Both the position numbers and the translations under genes were made by a program. Of a stretch of DNA of 64,000 nt, positions 10,774 through 20,375 are shown piece after piece (within the stretch, counting starts at the first letter, position 1; the number at the start of each line of letters is the position of its first letter). Location of the stretch: the NCBI GenBank assembly GCA_963707635.1, contig OY970173.1, forward strand, positions 320,001 to 384,000, given 5' to 3'. Origin of the DNA: Candidatus Latescibacterota bacterium. GTDB taxonomy: Bacteria; Krumholzibacteriota; Krumholzibacteriia; WVZY01; JAKEHA01. Below the pieces are notes generated by a model, which had not been told where the DNA came from, did not search any database, and saw only the letters and a program-made list of their open reading frames with translations.

Positions 10774-13700
10774 CTACGGCGCGCCCACCGGCGTCGCGTT
10801 CAACCGGCGCCGGTAGTCGCGCTCGTCCCGGGTCGAAAGCTTGCCGTCTTCCTTCAGCACAGCGATGAAGGCCTCGACCACGTCGCGATCGAACTGCGCG
10901 CCGGCGTTATCGACCAGTTCCTGCAGCGCCTGCTCGACCGTGCGGCGCTCCTTATAGGGTCTCCCGACCGTCATCGACTGGAACGCGTCGATCACCGCGA
11001 GAATGCGCGCACCCATCGGGATCTCATCGCCCTTCAAGCCCATCGGGTACCCCTGCCCGTCCCAACGCTCGTGGTGATACAGAATGATATTGCTCACCGC
11101 TTCGACGAATTCGAGCGGCCGGATCAACTCGGCGCCGCGCTCGGGATGGCGCTGGATCGCGCGCCGCTCCTCGGAGGTCAGATTCAGCGCCTTGTTGAGG
11201 ATGTCGTCGCTGATCTCGGTCATGCCGATGTCGTGCACACTGGCCACGTACTGGACCACGCTCACGTCCTTTTCGGACAGGTGGAGCTTGCGCGCGATCT
11301 TGACCGCGCTGTCCACCGCCTGCTCGATGACCTTGGTCTTGGTCTGCGTTTCGAGCATGCGCTTGAATGCTTCGATCGTGTCCTGCAGGAAGGTGTGCGA
11401 GTCTTCCACCACCCGCACGCGCTCCAGCGCGCGCGAGATGCGCTCGCTGAACGAGATCAGCAGGTTGAGGTCGTCGTGGTCGAACGGGTTCCCGTTGGTC
11501 TTGTTGTTCACATTGATGACCCCGACGATCACGTCGTTCACCCGCAGCGGCACGCTCAACAGGGAAACGGTCTCGTACTGCGGGTTGTTGGGCGCGCTGT
11601 AGATGTCGTTCTCCTCGATGTTGGCGATCAGCAGGGGCTCACCGCGCTCGGCCACCTTGCCCGCGATTCCGTACCCCACTTTCACGCGGGTGTTCTCGAC
11701 CACCCACTCGTCCAGGCCGAACGACATCTTGATGAACAGCTCGGACCGTGACTTGTCGAGCAGCATGAGCGACACCCGGCGCGCGTTCAGCAGCTCGGCG
11801 ATCATGCGCACGATCAGTTCGAGCATTTCGTGCAGCTGCTCTCTCGCGTCGACGACCTCCCCGATGTAGCCGATGAGGTCGTTGAAGCAGTGCTCGCGCG
11901 GCAGCGTGAAATAGAAGGTGCTGCCCGCGCCTTCCTTGCTCTCCGCGCGGACGGTGCCGCCGTGCTGCTCCACGATGTTCTTCACGATCGCGAGCCCGAG
12001 GCCGAGCCCTTCCATCGTGGATTGCTTCTGCTGGCGCGCGCGGAAGTACTTGTCGAACACGCTGCCCAGCTCGTCCTCCGGAATGCCCATCCCCTGATCC
12101 GCGATCGCCACCACGATGTTCACCGCTTCCTCGCGCGCGCGCACCGTCACCGTGGTCCCGCGCGGCGAGTACTTGATCGCGTTCGAGATCAGGTTGATGA
12201 ACACCTGTTTGATCAGATCCGGGTCGCCTTCGATGCGCGGCAGGTCGGAAGCGATCTGGACCGACAAGGCCACCCCGTTTTCGCGCAGCGCGGGGTCCAG
12301 CATGGACACGACATCGTCGACCACCGCGTGGAGGTCCATCGGGGCGCGCGTCAGCGGGCGCTGCCCGAACTCGATCTTCGACACGTCGAGGATGTCGTTG
12401 ACGATGCGAATCAGCCGGTTCGTCTCTTTGTTCACGATGTCCAGGAACTCGTGCTTGTGCTCGAAGCCGGGGTCGTTGATGTTGTCGACGAGCGTTTCCA
12501 CGTACGCCTTGATCGAAGTCAGCGGCGTGCGCAACTCGTGCGACACGTGGTTGACGAAGTCGGATTTGAGAATGCTCGTCTTCTGGAGCATGTCGACCTG
12601 CCGGTCCATGTCGCGGATCTTGCGTTCCAGCGAGTCGTAGAGGCGGCTCTTCTCGATCGCCACCGAGAGCTGCTGACTCAGCGTCGTTAGGAGGCGCATG
12701 TGTGCGTCGGTAGCGGCTTTAGGAGCGAAGTCGCCGACGTAGATCACGCCGACCACTTGCTTGCCGGTCGAGAGCGGAAAGGCGACCAGGGAGCGAATGC
12801 CGAAGCGCTGCAGCACGTCGCTGCAGTTGGCGCGGCGATCGCGTTGCGTGTCTTCCACGACGATCGGCGTATTGTGGGTCCAGATCCATTCGTTGAGGCC
12901 GCCGCGGCGCATGCGCTTGTCGAGCTTGATGTCGCGATTCTGGTTGAGCCCGACGAACACCGAATGCACGACCTCCTGCTTCTGGTTGAACAGGACGATG
13001 CTCGCCCACGGGCGCTCGACCAGCAGCGTGGCTTCCTTGGCCACGATCTTGAGCAGGGTCTCGAGCGACATCGCGGCGTTGATGCCCGTGCTGATGTCGT
13101 AGAGGCGGGCCAGTTCGTTGATCCGGTTCTCGGACTCCTCGCGCTTCTTGCGCAGCCGTTCCAGGGAGACATTCATCCGGTCCTGGAACGCGTGGGAGAG
13201 GAAGATGACGAGGCTGACAAACGCGCCCATCACCAGTAGCGAGCCCGCCAGGTAGTGCCCGTTTTGATAGACGCCCGGGGCGCTCCGGTACACGGTGAAG
13301 TGCTGGATGCTCCCGTCCATTTCCAGGAAGCCGAGCAGACCGATCGACGCCAGCGACGCCGAGACGAAGCAGGCGACCGTCACCTTCCACGGGAAGGTAT
13401 TGCACACGAGGAACAGAGGGATCGTGAGCATGAACAGGAACGGGCTCTCGATCGTGCCGGTGCAGTGGATGAGCGCGATCACCGCCGCGAGGTCGACGTA
13501 GCTCGAATACCACAGCAACGCGGAGCTCTTGCGCAGCTTGCTCCAGCCGAACCGCTCGCCGACCGTTTCCCACAACCACTCCCCGCTGTACTGGAGGAAT
13601 GCGGCGACGAGGAACAGGCCCACCAGCAAATCCGTGCGGTACGTGAAATCGCCGAGGTATCGTGCCGCAAACACGATCCCGAAGAAGGCGAACAACTCGA

Positions 13701-13779
13701 CGAATCTCAAATACAGAATGCTCAACGGACTCGACTCCAACGCCCGGGGGCTCGGGTCCCAGGCAAAATCGCGGGTCAT
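10774..13779 (-). CDS. Membrane hybrid signalling protein: TM region-GAF-HisKA-HATPase-GAF-HD-GYP
   Basis: TM helices; GAF; SHELRTPLTSI; NLISNAIKY, DQGMGI, GLGLGL; GAF; VHDIGM...HHERWDGQGYP. ATG at 13779 overlaps the upstream stop. Confidence 0.9.
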   Translation of the reverse strand: MTRDFAWDPSPRALESSPLSILYLRFVELFAFFGIVFAARYLGDFTYRTDLLVGLFLVAAFLQYSGEWLWETVGERFGWSKLRKSSALLWYSSYVDLAAVIALIHCTGTIESPFLFMLTIPLFLVCNTFPWKVTVACFVSASLASIGLLGFLEMDGSIQHFTVYRSAPGVYQNGHYLAGSLLVMGAFVSLVIFLSHAFQDRMNVSLERLRKKREESENRINELARLYDISTGINAAMSLETLLKIVAKEATLLVERPWASIVLFNQKQEVVHSVFVGLNQNRDIKLDKRMRRGGLNEWIWTHNTPIVVEDTQRDRRANCSDVLQRFGIRSLVAFPLSTGKQVVGVIYVGDFAPKAATDAHMRLLTTLSQQLSVAIEKSRLYDSLERKIRDMDRQVDMLQKTSILKSDFVNHVSHELRTPLTSIKAYVETLVDNINDPGFEHKHEFLDIVNKETNRLIRIVNDILDVSKIEFGQRPLTRAPMDLHAVVDDVVSMLDPALRENGVALSVQIASDLPRIEGDPDLIKQVFINLISNAIKYSPRGTTVTVRAREEAVNIVVAIADQGMGIPEDELGSVFDKYFRARQQKQSTMEGLGLGLAIVKNIVEQHGGTVRAESKEGAGSTFYFTLPREHCFNDLIGYIGEVVDAREQLHEMLELIVRMIAELLNARRVSLMLLDKSRSELFIKMSFGLDEWVVENTRVKVGYGIAGKVAERGEPLLIANIEENDIYSAPNNPQYETVSLLSVPLRVNDVIVGVINVNNKTNGNPFDHDDLNLLISFSERISRALERVRVVEDSHTFLQDTIEAFKRMLETQTKTKVIEQAVDSAVKIARKLHLSEKDVSVVQYVASVHDIGMTEISDDILNKALNLTSEERRAIQRHPERGAELIRPLEFVEAVSNIILYHHERWDGQGYPMGLKGDEIPMGARILAVIDAFQSMTVGRPYKERRTVEQALQELVDNAGAQFDRDVVEAFIAVLKEDGKLSTRDERDYRRRLNATPVGAP

Positions 13780-14606
13780 GGCCGCACTCCCTCCGGCTCC
13801 CCTCCCGGTGAGAGTGGCAACGTAACGAACACCGTCGTCCCCTTGCCCGCCTCGCTGCGCACGGACACTTCGCCGTCGCACATATCGACCAGGCTCCGAA
13901 CCAGGGTCAGCCCCAGTCCCGAGCCGCGGGTTTTTCCTTCTTCCAATCTGACAAACGGCATGAAGATCCGCTTCACGTCTTCCGGCGCGATGCCCTCGCC
14001 CTGGTCGATCACGCGCAGCTTGAGCAGCTCACGGTCGCCCGGCCCGCGCTGGTCGCGCCCCACCTCCGCCTCGATTCGCACCGCGGTCGAGGCGCTGGAG
14101 TAGTTGAGCGCGTTTTCGACCAGGTTCAGCACGATCATCTTGAGCGCGTTTCGATTCACCGGCGCGGGCGGCAGCGCGTTGCCGGAGACGATGCGCACGC
14201 GCGCCCGGCCGCCGAGTGTGCGCGGGAGGTGTTCGATCGCCTCGTCGATCACTTCCACGACGTCGACCTTCTCGGCCGCCGGCGTTCCCGCCGCGCCGTC
14301 CACCTTGAGCAGGTCCAGAAAGAACGTATTGAGCTCGTCGAGGAGCTCGCACTCGCCCCGCGCCTTTTCGATGTACGCCGTCGCGTCGGTGAGCCCCGCT
14401 TTGGCCACGTCGTCCCGCGCGATCTCCAGGTAGCCCGCGATCGCGGTGGTCGGCCGCCGAATCTCGTGGCCCATCACCAGGCGTGTCGACGCCATGATGC
14501 GCCGGTAACGCTCGAGCCGCGCGCGCAGCTGGTTCGCCTCGATGCGCGCGTCGTTCAGGAGCGCTTCGAGGACCGCCGTTTTGTCTTCCGCCGTTCGGAT
14601 GTTCAT
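13776..14606 (-). CDS. Cytoplasmic histidine kinase without a sensor domain
   Basis: Short coiled coil, then GHEIRRPTTAI, NLVENALNY, DQGEGI, GSGLGL. Confidence 0.88.
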   Translation of the reverse strand: MNIRTAEDKTAVLEALLNDARIEANQLRARLERYRRIMASTRLVMGHEIRRPTTAIAGYLEIARDDVAKAGLTDATAYIEKARGECELLDELNTFFLDLLKVDGAAGTPAAEKVDVVEVIDEAIEHLPRTLGGRARVRIVSGNALPPAPVNRNALKMIVLNLVENALNYSSASTAVRIEAEVGRDQRGPGDRELLKLRVIDQGEGIAPEDVKRIFMPFVRLEEGKTRGSGLGLTLVRSLVDMCDGEVSVRSEAGKGTTVFVTLPLSPGGEPEGVRP

Positions 14607-14633
14607 GTTTTTCGTCCCCGCGCCGCCCCGGCG

Positions 14634-15614
14634 TCAGCCGGCCTCGCGCGTCCGCGACGGGTGCACGCCGTCCTGCCGGCGCTCCTTCACCACCACGCTG
14701 CCTTCGATCCGCTTGCCGTATTCCTTGAGGCTCGTCGCGATGTCGTTCACCTCTGCGAAGTGTTCGATCTGGTTGTCGGTGCTCTTCACCAGCGCGATCG
14801 TGACCGCCATTACCGGGATCTTCTTCAGCTCGCCCTGGCGATCGCGGATCTCGAGGTAGCCGCGCTTGACGTCCTTGGGGTCGAGCTTCATCAGCGAGCC
14901 GCGGTCGAACTCGTCGACCACGTACTGCGCCATGATTTCCGCGCGCGACGGCGTGGCCACCAGCACGAAGTCGTCGCCGCCGATGTGGCCGATGAAGTCG
15001 TCCTTGCCGCCGAGCTTTTCGATCGTGCGCCGCAGGATGTCGGCCAGAAAGCCGATGATCTCGTCACCCTTCTGGTAGCCGTAGTAGTCGTTGAAGCCCT
15101 TGAAGTTGTCGATGTCGATATACAGAAACGCGAACTGCTTCTTCTGCGCGATGCGCGCGATCATCTCGCGCTCGATCGCGGTGTTCCCGGGCAGACCGGT
15201 GAGCGGATTGGCTTCCTTCTGACGGATGTTCCACTCGAGCACATTCTTGACGCGCAGCAGGAGTTCCTCGTTCGAGTAGGGCTTGACCAGGTAGTCGTTC
15301 GCGCCGCCCTCGAGCCCCGCGACGCGATCGCGCTGCTCGCCGCGGGCGGAGAGCATGATCACGGGAATCTGGTTCAACGAGAAATCCTGTCGCATTTTGC
15401 GACACACCTCGTAGCCATCGACCTTCGGCATCATCACATCGAGCAGCACCAGATTGGGCTTCAGCTCGGCCGCCTGTTTCAGCGCATCCTCCCCGTCGGA
15501 CGCCAGATACACCTGGTAGCCCGCACGCTCGAGTGTGAAGCGCAGGATCTGCCGGATGTGCGGCTCGTCGTCGGCAATGAGGATGCGATAGCTCGAGTTC
15601 TCGGGTGCGTGCAT
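14634..15614 (-). CDS. Response regulator with GGDEF-family diguanylate cyclase domain
   Basis: REC (ILIADDE, LLDVMMP, YLVKPY), NPLTGLPGN, DIDNFKGFNDYYG, HIGGDDF. Confidence 0.92.
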   Translation of the reverse strand: MHAPENSSYRILIADDEPHIRQILRFTLERAGYQVYLASDGEDALKQAAELKPNLVLLDVMMPKVDGYEVCRKMRQDFSLNQIPVIMLSARGEQRDRVAGLEGGANDYLVKPYSNEELLLRVKNVLEWNIRQKEANPLTGLPGNTAIEREMIARIAQKKQFAFLYIDIDNFKGFNDYYGYQKGDEIIGFLADILRRTIEKLGGKDDFIGHIGGDDFVLVATPSRAEIMAQYVVDEFDRGSLMKLDPKDVKRGYLEIRDRQGELKKIPVMAVTIALVKSTDNQIEHFAEVNDIATSLKEYGKRIEGSVVVKERRQDGVHPSRTREAG

Positions 15615-15669
15615 GTCGGCCCGTGCTGTCGAACGTGAACTGCTGAAAACACTTATCCCACTTCGGACG

Positions 15670-15686
15670 GGCAAGGAACATGCCAA
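15670..15686 (-). promoter_or_regulatory. sigma54 (-24/-12) promoter for the five-gene signalling operon
   Basis: Minus strand TTGGCATG-TTCC-TTGCC with correct GG-N10-GC spacing, about 55 nt upstream of the ATG. Confidence 0.65.
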
Positions 15687-15831
15687 GGGTTCCCGCCCCT
15701 CGCGGAGCGTGAGGGTGCGACGACGAACCGCTCGCTTGCACGATCCGCGCCGGGGAATCGCGGTCGGCGCGCCGCGCTACGACGCGGAATGAGCAGGAAT
15801 CATGGAGAGCTAGAGGGAGCGATCGGAAACG

Positions 15832-16842
15832 TCAGTCCACCCACGAGACAATCGCCCCGCGGGTGAAAACGTCGAGAGAGAGGCCGTGGTCACGCCCCGA
15901 CGAGATCAGGATCTCCGCCGTGCGCGCGACCATCGCCCCGTTGTCCGTGCAGTACTCGAGCAACGGCGCGTGATAGGAAATCCCCGCCGCCTCGCACGCG
16001 GCCTGCATGGCCGCGCGCAGCGGGCGGTTCGCCGCCACGCCGCCGGCGAGGTACGCGTGGCGAACACCACGCTCCCTCGCGCACGCGACCGTCCGGTCGA
16101 CCAGCACGTCGACGATCGCCGCCTGCGCCGAGGCCGCCACGTCGGCGACGTCGCGAGAGGTCAGCGCCGGGCGCGCGTCCACGTACTGCCGCACCGCGGT
16201 CTTCAAGCCAGAGAACGAGAAATCGAACCCGTCGCGGCCGAGCATCGCGCGCGGGAAATCGATGGCGCGCGGGTCGCCGGTTTCGGCCACGCGTTGCACC
16301 GCGGGACCGCCCGGAAAGCCCAGGCCAAGGAGTTTCGCGATCTTGTCGAATGCTTCTCCCGCCGCGTCGTCGCGCGTCCCGCCCGCCAGCTGGTAGCGGC
16401 CGACGCGCTCGACGTAATAGAGAGACGTGTGTCCACCCGAAACCACCAGCACCACGCACGGAGTCTGGAGCGCGTCGCCCTGCAGCTCGTTCGAGAGGAC
16501 GTGGGCTTCTATGTGGTGCACGCCCACCACCGGCTTCTCGAGACCGAGTGCCAGCGACTTCGCGAAGCCGACGCCGACCAGGAGCGATCCCACCAGCCCG
16601 GGCCCGTTGCTGACACCAATGCCGGCGAGGTCGCCGCCCTCCAACCCCGCGCGGGCCAGCAGCGCGTCGTAGACCGAGAGCAGCGTGCGCATGTGCTGGC
16701 GCGACGCGATCTCCGGCACGACGCCGCCGTACTCTTCGTGGATCAGCTGGCTCGCGGTGAGATTGGCGAGCACGCCGCGGCCGCGCGCATAGAGCGCGAG
16801 CGACGTGTCGTCGCATGACGTTTCGATGCCGAGCACGATCAT
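15832..16842 (-). CDS. tsaD: tRNA N6-adenosine threonylcarbamoyltransferase
   Basis: LGIETSCDDT, YGGVVPEIASRQH, HHIEAH, SGGHT, DDAAGEAFDK, FSFSGLKT, CTDNGAM. Confidence 0.98.
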   Translation of the reverse strand: MIVLGIETSCDDTSLALYARGRGVLANLTASQLIHEEYGGVVPEIASRQHMRTLLSVYDALLARAGLEGGDLAGIGVSNGPGLVGSLLVGVGFAKSLALGLEKPVVGVHHIEAHVLSNELQGDALQTPCVVLVVSGGHTSLYYVERVGRYQLAGGTRDDAAGEAFDKIAKLLGLGFPGGPAVQRVAETGDPRAIDFPRAMLGRDGFDFSFSGLKTAVRQYVDARPALTSRDVADVAASAQAAIVDVLVDRTVACARERGVRHAYLAGGVAANRPLRAAMQAACEAAGISYHAPLLEYCTDNGAMVARTAEILISSGRDHGLSLDVFTRGAIVSWVD

Positions 16843-16865
16843 GGGATGGGCCGCCTGCGCAGCGG

Positions 16866-17248
<383 letters not shown>

Positions 17249-17279
17249 GTGCTAATGTTGTTTGAACCTGCCCCGAACT

Positions 17280-20200
17280 ATGAGCGACACCCTCCACCAG
17301 AAGCTCCGCGAGATCGTCGAGGACGTCCACGAGGACCTGATGCGCTCGCTCGTGGACGCGCCGCCGCCTGAGCGCAAGGCCGCGCGGTCGCCGTTCGAGA
17401 CGCGCCTCGCCGCGTGCGGCTTCGGCGCTTCAGCGTCCACCGTCACGAGTTTCCGCGGCGCGTGCGTTCGCATGCTCGCCGCCGATCTCGGCGACGAGGC
17501 GGTGGTCGAAATCGTCGAGGCGTGCCGGCGGAGCGCGGCGCCCGACGCCGCCATTCGAAACCTCGAGCGCTATCTCGAGAACACCACCAACCCGTCGATC
17601 TTCCTGCGCACGATGCTGGCCGCCCCGCCGGTGCTCCATCTGGTCACGACCGTGTTCAGCACCAGCCAGCACCTGGCCGACATCCTGGTGCGCCAGCCCG
17701 GTTTCGTGTACTGGCTCATGGAGCAACAAACCTGGGACACGCCCGACACCGTCGAAAGCTACGAGGCCTGGCTCGCGGCCGAGGTGGACCGCTTTCGCAC
17801 GGTGGAAGGCAAGCTCAACGCGGTGCGACGCACGCACCGCCAGGCGCTGCTCAAGATCGGCGTGCTCGACACGGTGAGCGGCGCGCCGGTCGAAGAAGTC
17901 ACGCGGCGCTTGAGCGAGCTGGCCGACGCGTGCGCACGCACCGTGCTCGAGATCGTGGTGGACGAGATCGCGGGCGACGACACCTTCCCGCGCGCGCTGG
18001 CCATAATCGCCCTGGGCAAGCTCGGCGGCCTCGAACTCAATTACAGCAGCGACATCGACTTGATCTTCGTTTCCGAGCACACGGACGACGAGACGATGCA
18101 TCATTACATTCGGGTCGCGCGCCGCTTCACCGACGCCGTGTCCGCGTTGACCGACGAGGGGTATCTCTATCGCGTCGACCTGCGACTGCGCCCCGACGGC
18201 AAGGCGGGCCCGCTGGTCAACTCCGAGGATTCGCTTCGCATCTACTACGAGAACCGCGGTCGCCCGTGGGAGTTTCAGGCGCTCCTGAAGGCGCGCACGA
18301 TCGCGGGCGACCTCGCGCTGGGCGCGCGCGTGCTGGAATCGCTGGCCAAGCTCGTCTACAGCACCACGCTTCCCTACTCGCCGCTCGAAGCGGTCGGCGC
18401 CATGCGCGACCAGATCAAGGACAACGTGCCCGCCAACCAACGGGGCCACAACATCAAGCTCATGAGCGGCGGGATCCGCGACGTCGAATTCGTCGCCCAG
18501 GCGATGCAGCTCATGCACGCGCACACCCACGCCGAACTGCGCACGCCGACCACGCTGGTCGCGCTGTCGAGGCTCCGCCAACTCGGGCTCATGAAGGAGT
18601 GGGACGTCGACAACCTCGCGGCCGCGTATCGATTCTTTCGCCTGGTCGAGCACCGGTTGCAGATGATGCACCAGCTGCAGACCCACACGCTCCCCGACTC
18701 GGACGCCGAGATCGTGCTGCTCGCGCGCCGCGTGTCCAACGGGCCGCTCGGGACGTTCACCGCGGATTCGTTCGTCGAGACGCTCTCGAAGCATCTGAAT
18801 AATGTGCGGACGTTCGCCGATAGTTTCTTCGCGGGCGAAGCCATTCACCCGCACTCGGTCCTGCTCATGCTCCCCGAGGACAGCGAGCGCGCGGTGAGCA
18901 TCCTCTCGCCGTACGGGTTCTCCGACGTGGGGCGCGCCACCCGCACGCTCCACGCGATGGCGTACGGGTCGTTTCCGCGCCTGCTCGACCGGCGTGCGCG
19001 CGCCGCCTTCGAAGCGCTGCTGCCGCATTTGCTCGCCGAGGTCGCGGCCATGGGGGACCCCGACCTGGCGCTCGTCAACATCGCCCAGATCTCCGCCGCC
19101 GAGAAGAGCGAGGCGGCGTTCTATCGGATGCTCGCCGACTCGGCGGCCGCGCGGCGACTGCTGGTCGGTCTCGCGGGGATGTCGTCGCTCTTGACCCGCG
19201 AGCTGTGCGCCCAGATCGGCGCCCTGGACTCGCTGGTAGAGGGAGGCGGCGAGTTGGACGCCGCGGTCGACGCGATGCTGACCGATGTTCCCGAATGGGA
19301 GCGATTCTCCGCACGGGAGGCCGTGGTTCGCGGAGGCACTGCGGCCGCGACCGACCGCCAGGCCCGCCAATGCCAGTGGGTCGAGCGGCTGCGCCTCTAC
19401 GCCTTCGGAGAAGCCCTGCACCGGCGGTTCCATCGCGGCCCGCACGGGTTGACCGGCGAGGTCGCCCGCGCGCACGGCGCGCGTTTACACATGGCCGCCG
19501 CGTTCGACGAGATGGTCCCCGAGAAGGAGCGCGTGGCGGTCTTCGCCCTCGGTTCGTACGGAGTCGGCGAGCCGCGCATCACCAGCGACCTCGACCTCGT
19601 CGTGGTCGCCGACGGCGTCGACCTTCCCGACCTGATGCAGCGCGTGCAGGTCATCAATCAGTGGTTCACCGATGGGCGCATTCTCAAGCTCGATTTTCGC
19701 CTGCGCGCGGAAGGCGCGAGTGCCCCGCTGGTCCAGGATCTCGCGTTCTACGAGGACTACTTTCGCGCGCGCGCGTCGCTCTGGGAGCGGGTGGCGTTTG
19801 CCAAGTGCGCGCCCTGGTGGGGCGGCGAAGAAATCAAGCGCGCGTTCATGCGCAAGCTCCGCGCCTTCGTCGCGCGGCCGTTCTCACCGGACGAGATCGC
19901 GCGGCTGGCGGAGGTGCGCCGGTCGGTTGAACACATTGCTCCGCGGCATTTTTCGGAGTGGGACACCAAGCGCTCCGCCGGCGGCCGTTACGACATCGAG
20001 TACCTGACCGCGCTCGGCATGGCCGCGACCTGCGCGGACCGGCTGGACTATTTCACGATGAGCACGCGCGAGCGCATCGACGCGCTGGTGGGGACGGGAT
20101 TCGTGTTTGCCGACCACGGGGTCGCGCTGCGCGATGCGGTCGACCAGTTCACCCTGGTCGAGCACGTCATGGAGCTGCAGGAGATGACGCACCCCGGGAA

Positions 20201-20348
20201 TGAAGAGAAGGCTGCGTACCTGGCGCACTACATGAATCGGACTTTCGAGTTGATCGGCGCGGGCCCGGAACCGGTGGCCCATCGCCTGCGCGCCGCGAAG
20301 GCGGGCGTGCGCAAAGCATTCTCCGAACGCTTCAAAGCCGCCGGATAA
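17280..20348 (+). CDS. glnE: Bifunctional glutamine synthetase adenylyltransferase/adenylyl-removing enzyme
   Basis: LGKLGGLELNYSSDIDLIF, YRVDLRLRPDG, WEFQALLKAR, GGIRDVEF; second nucleotidyltransferase domain SDLDL, LDFRLRAEG. Confidence 0.93.
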   Translation: MSDTLHQKLREIVEDVHEDLMRSLVDAPPPERKAARSPFETRLAACGFGASASTVTSFRGACVRMLAADLGDEAVVEIVEACRRSAAPDAAIRNLERYLENTTNPSIFLRTMLAAPPVLHLVTTVFSTSQHLADILVRQPGFVYWLMEQQTWDTPDTVESYEAWLAAEVDRFRTVEGKLNAVRRTHRQALLKIGVLDTVSGAPVEEVTRRLSELADACARTVLEIVVDEIAGDDTFPRALAIIALGKLGGLELNYSSDIDLIFVSEHTDDETMHHYIRVARRFTDAVSALTDEGYLYRVDLRLRPDGKAGPLVNSEDSLRIYYENRGRPWEFQALLKARTIAGDLALGARVLESLAKLVYSTTLPYSPLEAVGAMRDQIKDNVPANQRGHNIKLMSGGIRDVEFVAQAMQLMHAHTHAELRTPTTLVALSRLRQLGLMKEWDVDNLAAAYRFFRLVEHRLQMMHQLQTHTLPDSDAEIVLLARRVSNGPLGTFTADSFVETLSKHLNNVRTFADSFFAGEAIHPHSVLLMLPEDSERAVSILSPYGFSDVGRATRTLHAMAYGSFPRLLDRRARAAFEALLPHLLAEVAAMGDPDLALVNIAQISAAEKSEAAFYRMLADSAAARRLLVGLAGMSSLLTRELCAQIGALDSLVEGGGELDAAVDAMLTDVPEWERFSAREAVVRGGTAAATDRQARQCQWVERLRLYAFGEALHRRFHRGPHGLTGEVARAHGARLHMAAAFDEMVPEKERVAVFALGSYGVGEPRITSDLDLVVVADGVDLPDLMQRVQVINQWFTDGRILKLDFRLRAEGASAPLVQDLAFYEDYFRARASLWERVAFAKCAPWWGGEEIKRAFMRKLRAFVARPFSPDEIARLAEVRRSVEHIAPRHFSEWDTKRSAGGRYDIEYLTALGMAATCADRLDYFTMSTRERIDALVGTGFVFADHGVALRDAVDQFTLVEHVMELQEMTHPGNEEKAAYLAHYMNRTFELIGAGPEPVAHRLRAAKAGVRKAFSERFKAAG

Positions 20349-20375
20349 GCGGCTGCATGAGGCACGCCGCGCGGG

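Noticed and set aside
14634..15240. GGDEF domain as a Hypr (3',3'-cGAMP) cyclase
   Set aside because: The specificity position retains Asp (GYQKGD) rather than the Ser/Thr of Hypr enzymes.
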